64,000 bases of DNA from Lama glama (taxonomy: Eukaryota). The stretch spans positions 54,190,001-54,254,000 of the forward strand of contig CM052816.1 in NCBI GenBank assembly GCA_028534125.1. Reading direction: 5' to 3'. The stretch's first letter is position 1, and each line of letters starts with the position of its first letter. The position numbers and the translations under genes are program-made. Below, one piece after another: positions 1-12,151 of this stretch. The notes below the pieces were generated by a model. That model worked only from the letters and a program-made list of their open reading frames with translations. It ran no database searches and was not told where the DNA came from.

Positions 1-841
1 AAAGCAATTGAGCCTTTCTGGCCTCTCAGCTAACAGCCTTGGAACAGTCTTAAGTCTTCAACTGATTGAATACTAACATTAACCTGCATTAGCTCTCTTA
101 CTCTCATTTACAAGCTCTTTCCTTCCCCCTCTTTCTCTCAATCCTGGATTTCTCAATTCTAGTTATCCCTTCCCCCGACAGCACGTAACTTGAGTTCTCT
201 TCAGTCTCCTCATCCTTCTTTGCTGCTGATATAGGATAGTTGTCTGCTCCCAGCATTCAAGTTTTATGAGATTATTCCTATGCTCAGTTCTTTGGATCTT
301 ATTGCTCTTCAACCTTATTTTATTTTTCTAAAGCTTTATTTGTATACAGACATTAATGCAAATCCACATGAGTGAAATCCACTTATAATCTCTTCCTGCA
401 TCTGATTAGTTTCATTGGTTTGTGGTCCTCTTCATTCCTTATATTTGTGCTATTTAGTTTTTTAATATTTGTGACCAAAAAAATAGATAATATTTTGTAT
501 TCTGCTTCTGTATATTTTCGATATTGGGGTATATCTCCCTATTTATAGGTTTAATGACTATAGTATTATAGTCATTTTCTAATTGTATAGTCTTTTCTGA
601 TGATAACAATCCTTACAATTGGTAATATTTAAGTATAAACATATTTATTCATTCAAAATATATTTGAATGCCTGATTTCATAGCCTCATCACCCAGTTAA
701 GCACTATTAAGATTTGATGTATGAATATGTATGTTTGTGTATGCATGTGTGCGCAGATGAGAGAGAAAGTTATTTTAAAAGACTCTTGTGTATCATGTCT
801 TGAGTGAAAACACAACAACAGAAAAAGTCTTTCACTTATAG

Positions 842-1001
842 CTACACTGTCCAGTATGGTAACTACTATTTACATGTGGCTATTTAAATTAAGTGAAATT
901 AAAAGTTCAGTTCCTCATTTACAGTGACCACGTAAAAACCACAGATGACTAGTGGCTACCATGTTGGGTATCACTACAGAAAGCTTTATTGGATAGTGCT
1001 G
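842..1001 (-). mobile_element. MER3-like hAT-Charlie MITE
   Basis: Contains ctgtccagtatggt...acatgtggctatttaaatt...aaaagttcagttcctca...agtggctaccatgttgg...ttggatagtgctg, the reverse of the MER3-like copy at 3004-3158. Confidence 0.75.
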
Positions 1002-1390
1002 ACTCATGAAATCCTAGACCAGGGAGATACAGAATCAAGTTGCTCTGCTTCTTACTGAGATCCGTGGGACGTCACTCTGTGCTGTAGCTATGGAACTGAG
1101 CAGTGTAAATGGACAGTGAGTATCCTGAAGGTCTTTGAAGAAATGCACTTAAGTAAGTACTTACCTAGATACACAATTTCTATCTAGATTTCAAAGTAAA
1201 ATTTTTAAAAATAGGTGTAAGGGGGACATAAGGAAGAAGATCTTAACGATCAGAGATACAGAATGAGATGGGTGTGCAGGTCAGGTCTAATATTTCTGTG
1301 CTTGCTGTGTATCTCTACTCGGATTCACACCAGTGATTTGCTGTCATTGATAACCAAAGAATCCTTTCATACAAGGTTTAAATTGGGTCT

Positions 1391-1536
1391 TTTTTTTTTA
1401 AACTTTTTTTAAATTGAGTTATAGTCATTTTATAATTTTGTGTCAAATTCCAGTGTAGAGCACAATTTTTCAGTTATACATGAACATAGTTACATTCATT
1501 GTCATATTCTCTTTCGCTGTGAGCCACCACAAGATC
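1391..1536 (-). mobile_element. Severely 5'-truncated young L1 (3' end only, ~145 bp)
   Basis: T-rich tail followed by the reverse complement of the L1 3' end seen at ~45810-45945. Possible short TSD gtctttt at 1387-1393 and 1545-1551. Confidence 0.85.
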
Positions 1537-2279
1537 ATACCGCAGTCTTTTAGAGTGGGTATATGAGGGATGTGGTGCAGAGTTCAGGAGTAGAGCAACT
1601 GTGATTTGAAGCACTTATACGCACACTGAGATTCTCCTCCAGCTATGCCATAGCTGTTTCAGGAAAACAACTGTCTTACCACTTAACAGTTTGTCCAATG
1701 CCTGATACGAAATTAGCAGTACTTTCTCCGCAGGGTATCTTCAGTTCCCTGCAGATCTCAAAAATGGTTATGCATCAAATGCTGTGGACCTGGTCAGATG
1801 TGCTGTTACATTAATTATAATGCAGATCATGGTTGTGATTCAGTATGCAGATGTGCATAAAAAGCCTGCAGATGTGCACAAAGGAAAAGCTGTTGAAAAG
1901 GCTTGAATACATTGCACTGGTGCCAGGCATATTTATCACAGGGTAATCACTGAGAAGGCTGATGGATTTATTTCATGACCTGGGCAGAATGATTCAATTG
2001 AGCTAGTAGAAAAAAAAAAAGTATATATACACTTTCTCCACTGACCCCCTGAAAAACAGTGTGTTTAAACATTTTTTGAAGTTTCAAATGGTGACTTAAA
2101 GGTAATCAATTAGTTTTTACTATGGGGACTTAATTTTAAAAACTGAAACTTACTTAAAATGATGACTTAGTATCATAGTTGCTGACAACATTGAGGAATC
2201 ACAAACCCATCATTGACTTGGTTTATATAGCATTGACTGTGAAAGGGTATTTTTGTAGCCATTAATGTTTCTAAATTCT

Positions 2280-3760
2280 AAAAAATGTCAAATTCATACA
2301 AATGTAGAGAAAGTGCAGTGAACTCCCATATATCCATCACCCAGATTTAATGGTTAAGATTTTTATTCCATTTGCTTAATACATTTTTTCTATCTTGTTT
2401 CTCTGTTTCAGTATATTAAAGCCTATCTAAAGCACTGCACATATTTATGCATCTCTGAAAATATAAACAATAAGCCATTTACAAAAAAATTTTAAGCAAC
2501 TTTTTATATCATCTGGTTTATAATTACGTTTCTTTGGCTAGCTCAAAAATGTCATTTTAGAGTTAGTTTGTTAGAATCAGGTACAAAAAAGGTCCATACA
2601 TTATAGTTGTCTCTTACTACTTTAAAAAAAAACAATTCAATAAATATTTAGTAAATTTATAGAGTTGGGCAACTGACATCACAAGCCAGGTTTGGAGCAT
2701 TTCCACACTGGCCAAAATTTCTGCTAGCCCATTTGCAGTCAATTTCTGCTTCCACTTCCAGCCTCAGGAAACCACTGATCTGCTTTCTTTTTGTATAAAT
2801 TTTCCTTTTCTGGACATTTCATATCTTAAGTCTTTTAAAATCTAACGTAGTTCCTCCTCCCTCCCTTTTCCCTCTGCCATCCACTTATTGTTCTATAGAA
2901 TGCCCTGTGTTCTGGTCTTGTCTTTTTGCTTCTTTCTGGTGCCATTTGTTCCTTTATCCCTCTCCCTCTCCATATTTCTTATGAATGGAGTTTAGCTCCA
3001 GAGCAGCACTATCCAATAGAACTTCTGCAATGATGAGACCATTCTGTACCTACACTTTCTAATGGCTACATGTGGCTTTTGAGCACTTGCAATTGAGAAT
3101 TCTTTTATTTTAAATTTAAATAGCTACAGTGTAGCTAGTGGCTGTCATATTAGTGCAGCTGTAGAGGCTTCATCAGATTTAGGTTCAACATTTTTGGACA
3201 TGAATATTTCATAGGTGGTGCTATATGTTTCATATTGAATCATACCAGGAAGCACACAGTTTGCTTACTTTCAGTGATGCAGTGGTTGATGGGTGGGTTC
3301 AAATGGTGACAGCTTGATCTCCGTTGTACAGTTCCCCATCACTACTTTATCTAATGGTTTTGTCCACTTATGAATATTGCCTGAAGCAATTACTTCACTA
3401 GTGCTTGCAAAATGGTGATTTCCTAACCTAATTCTGTCACTCCTTCCACATTTATAAGCTAGAATTCCTTCATCAACTAGAGTTATTTAGTTATCCTAAA
3501 ATACATTTTGTACAACAAAGGTAAGATAAATCCTTAATTTTTATTGCCTTTTAATTGCCAATCTTCAGAATAAATAATGTATGCCCTAGTTATTTCCAGT
3601 AGTGTTCACTGAGATTTTTTAAGTATCATTATTAACTTGAGGTTTATATCTCAGTGTATTTTGATCAGTTGTTTTTGTATATTTTTTGATACTCAGAGTA
3701 TCCCATATTTGGCCAATAAGAGCTCTTTTTTGTTGGCTCATATGTTCTTTTGATAAAACC
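2280..3760 (-). mobile_element. Old L1M(D/E)-type fragment, interrupted by an L1MB-like 3' piece (~2620-2825) and a MER3
   Basis: Degenerate L1 3'-region motifs such as gtgaactcccatatatccatcacccag, and ggaaaccactgatctgctttct...ttttctggacatttcatat. Boundaries approximate. Confidence 0.55.
3004..3158 (+). mobile_element. MER3-like hAT-Charlie MITE
   Basis: Starts cagcactatccaatagaac and ends ctagtggctgtcatattagtgcag. Flanked by 8-bp hAT-type TSDs ctccagag (2996-3003) and ctgtagag (3159-3166). Confidence 0.8.
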
Positions 3761-3773
3761 ATAGAGAGCACAA

Positions 3774-4548
3774 GTCATTAGGGAAATGCAAATCAAAACC
3801 ACAGTGAGGTACCACCTCACACCCATCAGGATGGCTACTATTTAAAAAAAAAAAAAACAACCAAAAGATAACAGGTGTTGGCCAGGATATGGAGAAGTTG
3901 AAACCCTAGTGTACTGTTGTTGAAATGTAAAATGGTACAGCTGCTGTGGAAAACAGTACAGTGATTCCTCAAAATTGGTATCACTGAGTGATCTAGCAAT
4001 TCCTCTTCTGAATACATACCCAAAGGAATTGAATGCAGGGACTTGAAGAGGTGTTTGTGTACTCATGTTCATAGCAGCATTATCGCAAGAGCCAAAAGGG
4101 AGAAGCAACCCAAGTGGCCACCAATGGATGAATGGATAAACAAAATGTAGTTTATGCATACAATGGAGCATTATTTAGCTTTAAAAAGGAAGGAAATTTT
4201 GACACATGCTACATTTTGAATGAACCTTGACGATATTATGCTAAGTGAAATAAGCCAGTCACAACAGAACAAGTACTGTATGATTTCCCTTATATTAGGT
4301 ACCTAGAGTAATCATTCATAGATACAGAAAGTAGAATGGTGGTTGCCAGGGCTATGGGGAGAATGGGAGTTATTACTTAATGGGTATTGAGTTTCTGTTT
4401 TGCAAAATGAAAAGGTACTGTATTGATGGTTGGTGTTGATGGTAGCACAACAATATGAATGTACTTAATGCCACTGAACTGTCCACTTAAAAATGGTTAA
4501 GATGGTAAATTTTGTTATGTGTATTTCACCTCAGTTGTCTTTAAAAAA
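3774..4548 (+). mobile_element. L1MB-type 3' end (ORF2 C-terminus and 3'UTR), degenerate
   Basis: attagggaaatgcaaatcaaaaccacagtgaggtaccacctcacaccc, then ccagtcaca...gtactgtatgatt and gaactgtccacttaaaatggttaagatggtaaatttt. ORFs 3838-4171(-) are antisense read-through. Confidence 0.9.
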
Positions 4549-6267
4549 GGAGTTTCATGAAGTTTTAGATGGACAAAAAAGCATGTTTGGTGTGCATGTA
4601 AGTGAGAATAGGAGTAGAATTAGAAATCTAGATATAGGCAATAATTTGAAATGAAATGTGTACAAAATCAACAAAAAGCATTTAAAAATCCATTTATATG
4701 CAAATTAAAATGAAGCATTGCTATTTTATATATTTTTCTCATATATATGTATGTTATTAAGGAAATTTGTCATTAAAAAATCCATAGTAAACATTTTCCC
4801 CTCAGTATTCTGTGCTATTTTAAACACATTTAAACCAGACTTATCTTGGAGTATCAGATCTGAAAGAGTCATATAGAGCATCTCGTTTAATCTCATTTTT
4901 AAACAGAGGATATGGGTTCCAGGAGCTTGTGTTTGTTCAAGGGTATGCAGCTAAGCAATGGTACGGCTGACAGAATGCCTTTCCAGTCTGATGTTCTTAT
5001 CACTGTGCCGTGATAGTGCAGTTTCTAGTTTCCCCCTTGAAAACTGGTTCTATCTCTTGGTTTTCCTATCTCTGTCATTACCATCATTATTGCTCTAGCT
5101 GCGAGGCTTGAAATATGGGGTAATTATTAATTCCTATTCTCCTTTCTCCTCCTGTCTCATATGTAATAAATTATATGGAATTTTTATTTGTAGTATTTAT
5201 CACACCCTGTATTCTCTAACTTTTAGTGATGTTATAATTAATCAGTGGGTTCAAGTGGTGACAGTCTTACCTTCATTGTTTAGTTCCCTATTAACTTTTT
5301 TCTCAGCAGTTCACCCATTGAAGAATATTGCTCTTATTCTAATCCAAACTTTATTGCATCTCACTTATCCCCCTGAGCTTTTTGGTTTTCTCTCCTTCTG
5401 CACTGCTGCTTGGTTTTTCTTAATATATCTTTCTGATCCTGCTTCTGTCTTGCCCAAAAACTTCTCCATGGTCTAGCAGAAATCTGTGGCCTGCAAACTT
5501 TATTTTGTGACTGCAAAGTATTATTATTATTTTTTAACTTGAATGCTTTTAGGCAAAGCATGGCCTCACCCCCGTTTGATGACTTTCTGTTGCTTTTATC
5601 CAGCTCACTCCACCTGTTTGCACTTCCTGCTTCTTCCTATAGGCCATTTTGAGTTTGCCACCCTTCCTGATATTTAGCATGGTTTTCAATGCCCAAAATA
5701 GTGTCTGCAGTCTATTTTACCAATTTTACTTCCTATTACTCCTTTATGGGAAACCTTTATCCATTTTCTTATACTACTACTCCTTTTCTTCTCTCTTACC
5801 GTATCCAAATACCTTGAAAATCAGATCGTCTCACACTTATGACCAATTTCTAGTCCTATGTTTGGAATTATTGAATAAATGAGTTTTTCTGGCACTGGTT
5901 GGTCTCATAAAATCTCTCTTCGAGAAATTCATAGATAATGGGAGACTGTAAGAGAGACTGGTGTGTTAACAGCTAACTTTAATAGTAAATAAAAATGTAC
6001 AGTTGTAAAGAGTGATGAATTCTGCTTGGGAGGGCAGATATGGTAATTTCTGCCTGGAAGAGCCACACTGTCTAGCTTTCCCTGACTACTTAAAATCGTT
6101 GAAGTCTTCCCTTGTCCTCTGACCATACCCTTCATTAACACATGTTTTTTGGTTCTTTATGTCTCCAAAAGTAGGTTATAATCTCCTTGAGAACAGTGAT
6201 CATACTTGTATTTTATACTTCTGTATCCTTCCCTGCTCGTATTAAGTACCTAAATTTTTGTTAAAAG

Positions 6268-6740
6268 TGTATCAATCAGGGTTTTTTATGAGAAGAAACT
6301 GAAAACTTACTGTTTTAAGCTAAAAGCTTTAGGGGCTCACAGAAATGAGAGGAGGCCAGAGGAGCAGGCTTGGAAAATGGGCAGGAACCAAAAGCTGCGC
6401 CAGAGGGTAGACAGCTATAATAACAATTGGCCCAGCTAGCTGCTGTCGTCTCTGGATACTGCCATCCTCACTGCATTCCTCCACAAATCAGCCCTAACTC
6501 AGCCTTTGACTTTGGATCAGTTATCCCAAACTTCAGAGTTCTAAGCAGTTCTTTCTTTGGGAGAGTAGAGAAAGGAAGAATCTGTTCTCTTTGGCACCTC
6601 AGACCAAGACATCTGGGAAATAGATTCCCCCAAATAAGAACAAGATTGATGCTAGACAGCTCCCACTGCCCCCTGCCCGCCACCACACCCCATGCCCCGA
6701 CTCCTAGGGGGAAAACCAACAACAAATATTCATTACTAAT
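6268..6740 (-). mobile_element. Old MaLR (MLT1-type) LTR remnant
   Basis: Begins tgtatcaatcaggg, has aggggctcacagaa and an MLT1-like end near ccaacaacaaatattcattacta. Subfamily uncertain. Confidence 0.5.
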
Positions 6741-7079
6741 GGATGAAGAATGTATGTAACCTCTGCCTTGGGAAATTTGGGGAGAGAGTGTGTCTGAGAA
6801 GTGCATTATGGTGAAGATCCTTGGGCATATGGGATAGGAAGAAGAAGGTCAGTGGTGAAGGCTTTGAGAACTCAATGTAGACAATGGTAAGGAGCAGAGT
6901 GAGTTTGTGCTAACATGGGGGAAGCAAATTAAGACAGGTAGGATGAGGATCCCAAGGAAAATTCTTTTCGTTTTATTTAGGACTTATTCTAGTCAGTAGC
7001 TCTTTGGTGGCTCTTCCAGGAAGTGAAAGTTGGCTCATCCATTTGGTAAGGCTAGTTTTGTGTTTTTTTTTTTAAGTTA

Positions 7080-7690
7080 AGGAAAGTGTTTTTTAAACAA
7101 AATTTTTAAGCACACACGTAAGATATCCACATGGTAAAGAATTAAAACGTAAAAGGGTCTGTAGTTAAAAGCCTTCCTGCCACCCTTGTCACCATACATC
7201 AGAATTGTCTTTAACAGGTAGTCATTAATTTCCTGTATATACTAGAGATTTTTGAAATGTATTATAAACAAATGTGATTATATATTCTCTCCCCCTCTTT
7301 TGTATACAGATGGTAACTAACATTCTGTTCCACTGTTCTGTGCATTGCTTTTCTCATATATGTGTTAGAGAGCTTTCTACATCTGTACCCAAAGAGCTTT
7401 TTCATTCTTTTTTACGTAGTATTTCATCGTATGGATGTAATTTAAATTATTTAAATGCCCTATTGATGGACATGTAGGTCTTTGCCCATTGCAGTTAATG
7501 TGTAGAAAATGATATTGAACATTTATTGTTTGTGTTTGAGTATGTCCTTCGGATAATTCCTGGAAGTAGAATTGCTAGGCCAAACATATTTACATTTTTA
7601 ATTTTTATAGATAATGCCAGGTTGTCTTCCACAAGAGTTTAACAACTTTTAGCTTCAACAATTTATGAGAATTCTGTTTCCCTCACAACT
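7080..7690 (-). mobile_element. Old L1ME-type fragment
   Basis: ctattgatggacatgtagg...cctggaagtagaattgctagg...tttacattttaatttttatagataatgccagg, typical antisense L1M 3' region. Confidence 0.65.
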
Positions 7691-7942
7691 GAGGATGATT
7701 TTTAAAGATTCAACCTAGAGGTTTATGAATAGGAAAAGAGACTGAGGTGTGGGTAACATTTAGAGAAGTAGCTTCTGATTGAAGCATCAGAGACTTTCCC
7801 TACCAAAGTCTTAAGTGCCAGACTCTGTCACATTGTTTTAAAAAACTTATACAATGTATTTTCATACTGCTTTTTCCACTCTCCTGAACTTACAATCTAA
7901 ATGTTTCATCTATTAAAAATTGAATATTTTTATTATGTACAG

Positions 7943-8088
7943 TTTCTCTGCTTGACATCCTTGCAATTCTTTTTTGATGAGGATTTAAGAAGATACAACA
8001 GCATTATACCATTTTTATCGCCGGAAAATCAGCAGTTGACTGATTTCCAACTTTCAGACCCAGTTGAGTTTGGGGTTCATCTCAGGTG
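7943..8088 (+). other. Candidate internal exon of an unidentified gene (unverified)
   Basis: Acceptor tttttattatgtacag, donor GTG|gtatgt (alternative CAG|gtggta after 8085). Only one of three frames is open (FLCLTSLQFFFDEDLRRYNSIIPFLSPENQQLTDFQLSDPVEFGVHLR). Retains CpGs (tcgccgg). I do not recognise the peptide. Confidence 0.3.
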
Positions 8089-9394
8089 GTATGTCTTGGC
8101 AAAATTAAAATTCTATGAAGGGTCAAGTTTTCACCCTAAAATTTTCCTTCTGGTAATTTAAAAAAGTAATGTAGGCATTAATACCATTCCCACCTGTTAC
8201 CAGTTCCATGCCTCATTTTCATTCAGTTGTAATTCCTTTGGTTTCAAAGGGAACATTTCCCCTAGCCATCCTTATGAACTTCCACAACTCCAGTGCTGAG
8301 TTTTGCTTGAACCCCTTTTTTTTTGACAGTGTCCTTGTTGAATTTACCCTTGTCTTGGATGGTGATCAGATACAAATTATTTAAGACCTTTTTTTTTCAT
8401 ATGTAGATAGATAATATATAGATAGAGAAAGATTTATGAAGTAAAATTCACCCTTTTTAGATATGCAGTTCTGAATTTTGACAAAGTCACGTAACTACCA
8501 CCACATTCAAAATATAGAACTTATCTTGCTCTTTTCTGTACCTTTCACCCTCCATTGCCATTGTAGGCCCTCAACAATTATTTGTTGAGTAAGCTAAATT
8601 CATCCCCAAATGCTGTCAGATTGTGATTTCAATATAATTTGCCCTTGAAGCACAGTGCCCTTAAAACCACTGTACACTTAAAAGAATTATGTCCCCCTGC
8701 CCCTCTCCAGCAAATTGCTGTTACGAAAGGCCAGCCTCTTACATTCTCTTACATTAGTGTTTTCTCATCTTTTCATCACCAAGTGCTGAAGTCCTTTTTT
8801 ATCTTTTACCCCTCCTCCCACCATGAGACCTTATATTTTGGAAGATTTTATCTATAATAGAGCATTGGTTAAATAAATAATTTCCTCATTTGGTAAATCA
8901 GTCAAGGATATCAAGCTTGCTACCTAGCTAGCTATGTATCTGACAGTAAAAGCTTCTGATTAGCAAGAGATAACTGTTAACTACACACAGTACACATAAC
9001 TCCTGCCAAGAACAAATAAATTTATCTTTTAGTTAACTTCATTAAGGGAATATGTGCAACTTGTTTTAGGCTTTTTAGAAACATTAGTAATAGCTCGAGA
9101 TCACACGTTACTGCAATTACACATCCCTAAGGGCCTAGAGACTTCCAGATTTGGAGTTACTTATGTGATTTCTCTTTCAGAAATATCTGATCTAAATATT
9201 AACCAAATGCTTTGAGGACTGGACTTGTGGCTTACTTAAGGCCATGGGAATTCCAAAGACCTAAGGACAGACTTTGGCACTGTGCTTCAGACTTCATCAG
9301 CAACATTAACATTTGAACCACATTTTCTCTGGAAAACTAGTTTGGGCCTTATGGAACAGAATAAAATACTACATCCACCTGGACTCTCCCTATT

Positions 9395-9930
9395 GTTAAT
9401 GTCAGGAAACTCAACCCAAACTAACTTAGGAAAAAGGGAGATTTACTGAAACATAATTCTAAAGCCTAGATTGGTTTCAGGTACTACTTGTTGGAAGCTC
9501 AAGCATTGTTCACAGAACCTAGTTCCTCCTTCTATGTCTCTCAGCTCTGTAACTGCTGTTTGGGTTATATTCTCAGGCAGACTCTTCCCTGTGGTTCCAG
9601 GTTGGCCTTAGCAGCTCCTGTCTGCATTTTTCCCCAGGTTCAAGTCCAGTAGAAAAGAGAGAGGCTCTTCCTAGCATTTTCCAGCAAGAATTTAATTGGA
9701 TCTCATTGGCTCTGACTGAAACATGTGGTCATCTTGTTCAAGTGACTGTGCTCTGGAAAATGCACTGATTGTTCAGAGTTAGGCCAATAAATCTAGGTCT
9801 GAAGCTCCATCCAAACATAGGGACTGAGAGCTGGGGTGGGGCATTCAGCAGAGGCAACTTGGGATAAAGTTACCAAAGAAAGTAGGAATGGTATGGGTAT
9901 GGTAGCCCAATACCAAATGTGTATATACTA
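9395..9930 (-). mobile_element. MaLR LTR (MLT1J-like)
   Basis: aaactcaacccaaactaacttaggaaaaagggagatttactg...attctcaggcagactct...ctcattggctctgact...atgtggtcatc, characteristic of MLT1J-family antisense. Confidence 0.7.
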
Positions 9931-9934
9931 GCAT

Positions 9935-10160
9935 TTACCTACGTACGCTTGCCCCTTCCTGTTTGCTGGGTACTGAGCTAGATACTTTCACAAGTATAGT
10001 TTCATTAATTCCATTCTCACTGTGTCTCTCAGAGATAATTATTTGTCTCTGCTCTAAGGAGATAATCTCAGGTGAATCATTGCCCAGTTTCATATCAGTA
10101 GTAGTTGCTGGAACCAGGATCTTAGCCAGAGTCTTTCTGAATCCAACTGCAGTGCATTTC
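9935..10160 (-). mobile_element. MIR SINE remnant
   Basis: cattgcccagtttcatatcagtagtagttgctggaaccaggat...ccagagtctttctgaatccaa, the MIR core in antisense. Confidence 0.55.
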
Positions 10161-10332
10161 TGACACTTCCTCTCTGGTGTTAAGAAAACTTCCTGAGCAA
10201 TAGCTGCCCATTGGAAAGTGATTGTAGTCTCTCCAGTTGTTTTGAAGATTGAAACACTCATCTGGATGTATTTTTAAGATGATGAATTATATTATTTCTA
10301 GCTTATTCCTTGTGTAGTCTCATGAGCTGAGT

Positions 10333-10500
10333 TCATTCATCCAATAAATATTTGTAGAGTGTCTATTATGAGCTAGGTACTGTTTCAGGAACTGAAGATG
10401 AAGCAGTAAACAAAACAAGTACCCTATCTCAAGGAGCTTACATTCAGGTGTAGACAAAACACATAAGGAGATACATTATATAATATCAGATGATCAGGAG
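10333..10500 (-). mobile_element. L2 3' end
   Basis: ttcattcatccaataaatatttgtagagtgtctattatgagctaggtactgtt...ctcaaggagcttacattc. Confidence 0.75.
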
Positions 10501-11468
10501 GCTTCCGTTTTTATTTAGACTACTGAAAGGACATTAGCCCTCATAGGCATTTATTTGCATGGGGCAGGTGGAGCCATGAAATTTCATTCATAGTTTGCTT
10601 AGTGTTGACTCTGATAAAACTACTCATTGATGCCAATCTCAGATCAGGGCCAGAAGCAAGGCAGAAAACTAAATGAAGTAAGTATTTAAAAGTCAGTCAA
10701 GCTATAAGGAAAGCCAAATGGATTTAACATTCATTTATTTTCAAAACACATTTTTCTCAATTCTGAATTGTCTCTCTCCCCTCGACCAGTGTCTTCCCTC
10801 CATGCACATAGAATTGTAGACTCTTTAGAGCAGTGATCCTCAAAAGATAATTTGCAGATATCTGGAGGTCCCCTTTTAGGAGGAAAGTTAAAACCATTTT
10901 CATCATAAGACTAAGATGTGATTAACCTTTTTCACTGGGTTGACATTTGGTCTGATGGTGCAAAACAATGGTGGATAAAGCTGTTCATATTTTAGAGTAA
11001 ATTAGTACAGTGACACCAAACTGTTCTATTAGTCACTATTCTTACAGTAAAAAAAAAAAAAGTAAAAAAGTTTCACTTAAGAACATTTTGGTCAATAAGA
11101 AATTAATTTTGCATCTCAATTCTTGAGTTAATGTCTTCAAATATTCTGGATGATGAAATGGGAACCATGCAGAGGGCCCTTTTGCCTGCATACTAAAGGT
11201 TTGAGTTGTGAGCTGATCTGGTTGCTTTTTTCATGGAATACTATTTTTACTTGAGAGAACAGCTGACAAATTGTGGCTGTTCAGAGTGGGATGTTTGGCA
11301 GATATTTTCTCAAAAATGAACAAACTGATCTTTTAGGGAAAGTTCAAGGAAAACAACTTTGTTGCCAGTCATAAAAAAAATTGATCTTTTAAGTAAGAAC
11401 TAGAAATTTGGAAGACTTGTATTAGCCACTATGACGTTGACAATGTCCCAATATTTAAAGACGTTTCT

Positions 11469-11553
11469 TTTAGTTGAAGTATAGTCAGTTTACAATGTTG
11501 TGTCAGTTTCTGGTGTACAGCATAATATTTCAGTCATACATATACATACATAT
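11469..11553 (-). mobile_element. L1 3'-terminal 85 bp, the 3' half of the U6/L1 chimera
   Basis: Minus strand atatgtatgtatatgtatgactgaaatattatgctgtacaccagaaactgacacaacattgtaaactgactatacttcaactaaa resembles the L1 termini at ~23390-23470(+) and ~18050-18110(-). Confidence 0.9.
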
Positions 11554-11657
11554 AAAAATATGAAATGCTTCATGAATTTGTATGTCATCCTTGTGCAAGG
11601 GCCATGCTAATCTTTGTGTGGTTCCAGTTTTAGTATATGTGCTGCTGAAGCAAGCAC
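11554..11657 (-). pseudogene. RNU6: Full-length U6 snRNA retropseudogene
   Basis: Minus strand gtgcttgcttcagcagcacatatactaaaactggaaccacacaaagattagcatggcccttgcacaaggatgacatacaaattcatgaagcatttcatattttt aligns end to end with U6. All CpGs have decayed and the ACAGAGA box carries a 3-nt deletion, so it is non-functional. Confidence 0.97.
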
Positions 11658-12151
11658 TAAAGACTTTTCTGATGAGATTGGTAAGTATGTTTTTAAAATA
11701 TTATATAATGAAGTGTGTCAACATTTAAAAGATCTGCAGAAGTTAGTGAACTAATATTTTCCAAATGACCAAATACATGGTGGTACAAAATCATGCAAGT
11801 TAGACGATCCATTCAAAGTTCAAGATAAACCAATATATTTTTTAATATAAGAAAGTATAAAAATTTCATTGATATGGTTTCAGATTCTACATGGCAGCTA
11901 ACTTTTAAAAACCTGTCACTTGACACATTTTGGTTTTTTATCAAAGTAGACTATCCACAGCTATCCAAAATGATTATTAAAATAACTTCTTTTCCAGCTA
12001 CATACCTGCCTAGGGCTGAATTTTCTTTATAAGTATACTTCAGTCAGAACAACATTATGACAAATTGGAGGCAGAGTCATTTATGAGAATTCAACTGTCT
12101 TCTATTAAGACAGTCTTTTCAATAAATTTCTTTGCGGAGAGAATACATTTA

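Noticed and set aside
1734..1942. Exon after ctttctccgcag
   Set aside because: All three frames hit stop codons before a plausible donor. A non-coding exon cannot be excluded but has no support.
6427..6806. Overlapping 110-aa and 112-aa ORFs
   Set aside because: They lie within an LTR remnant and show no recognisable domain or exon structure.
11554..11657. Functional U6 snRNA gene
   Set aside because: The ACAGAGA box is disrupted, CpGs have decayed, the upstream sequence is transposon rather than a PSE/TATA promoter, and TSDs are present.
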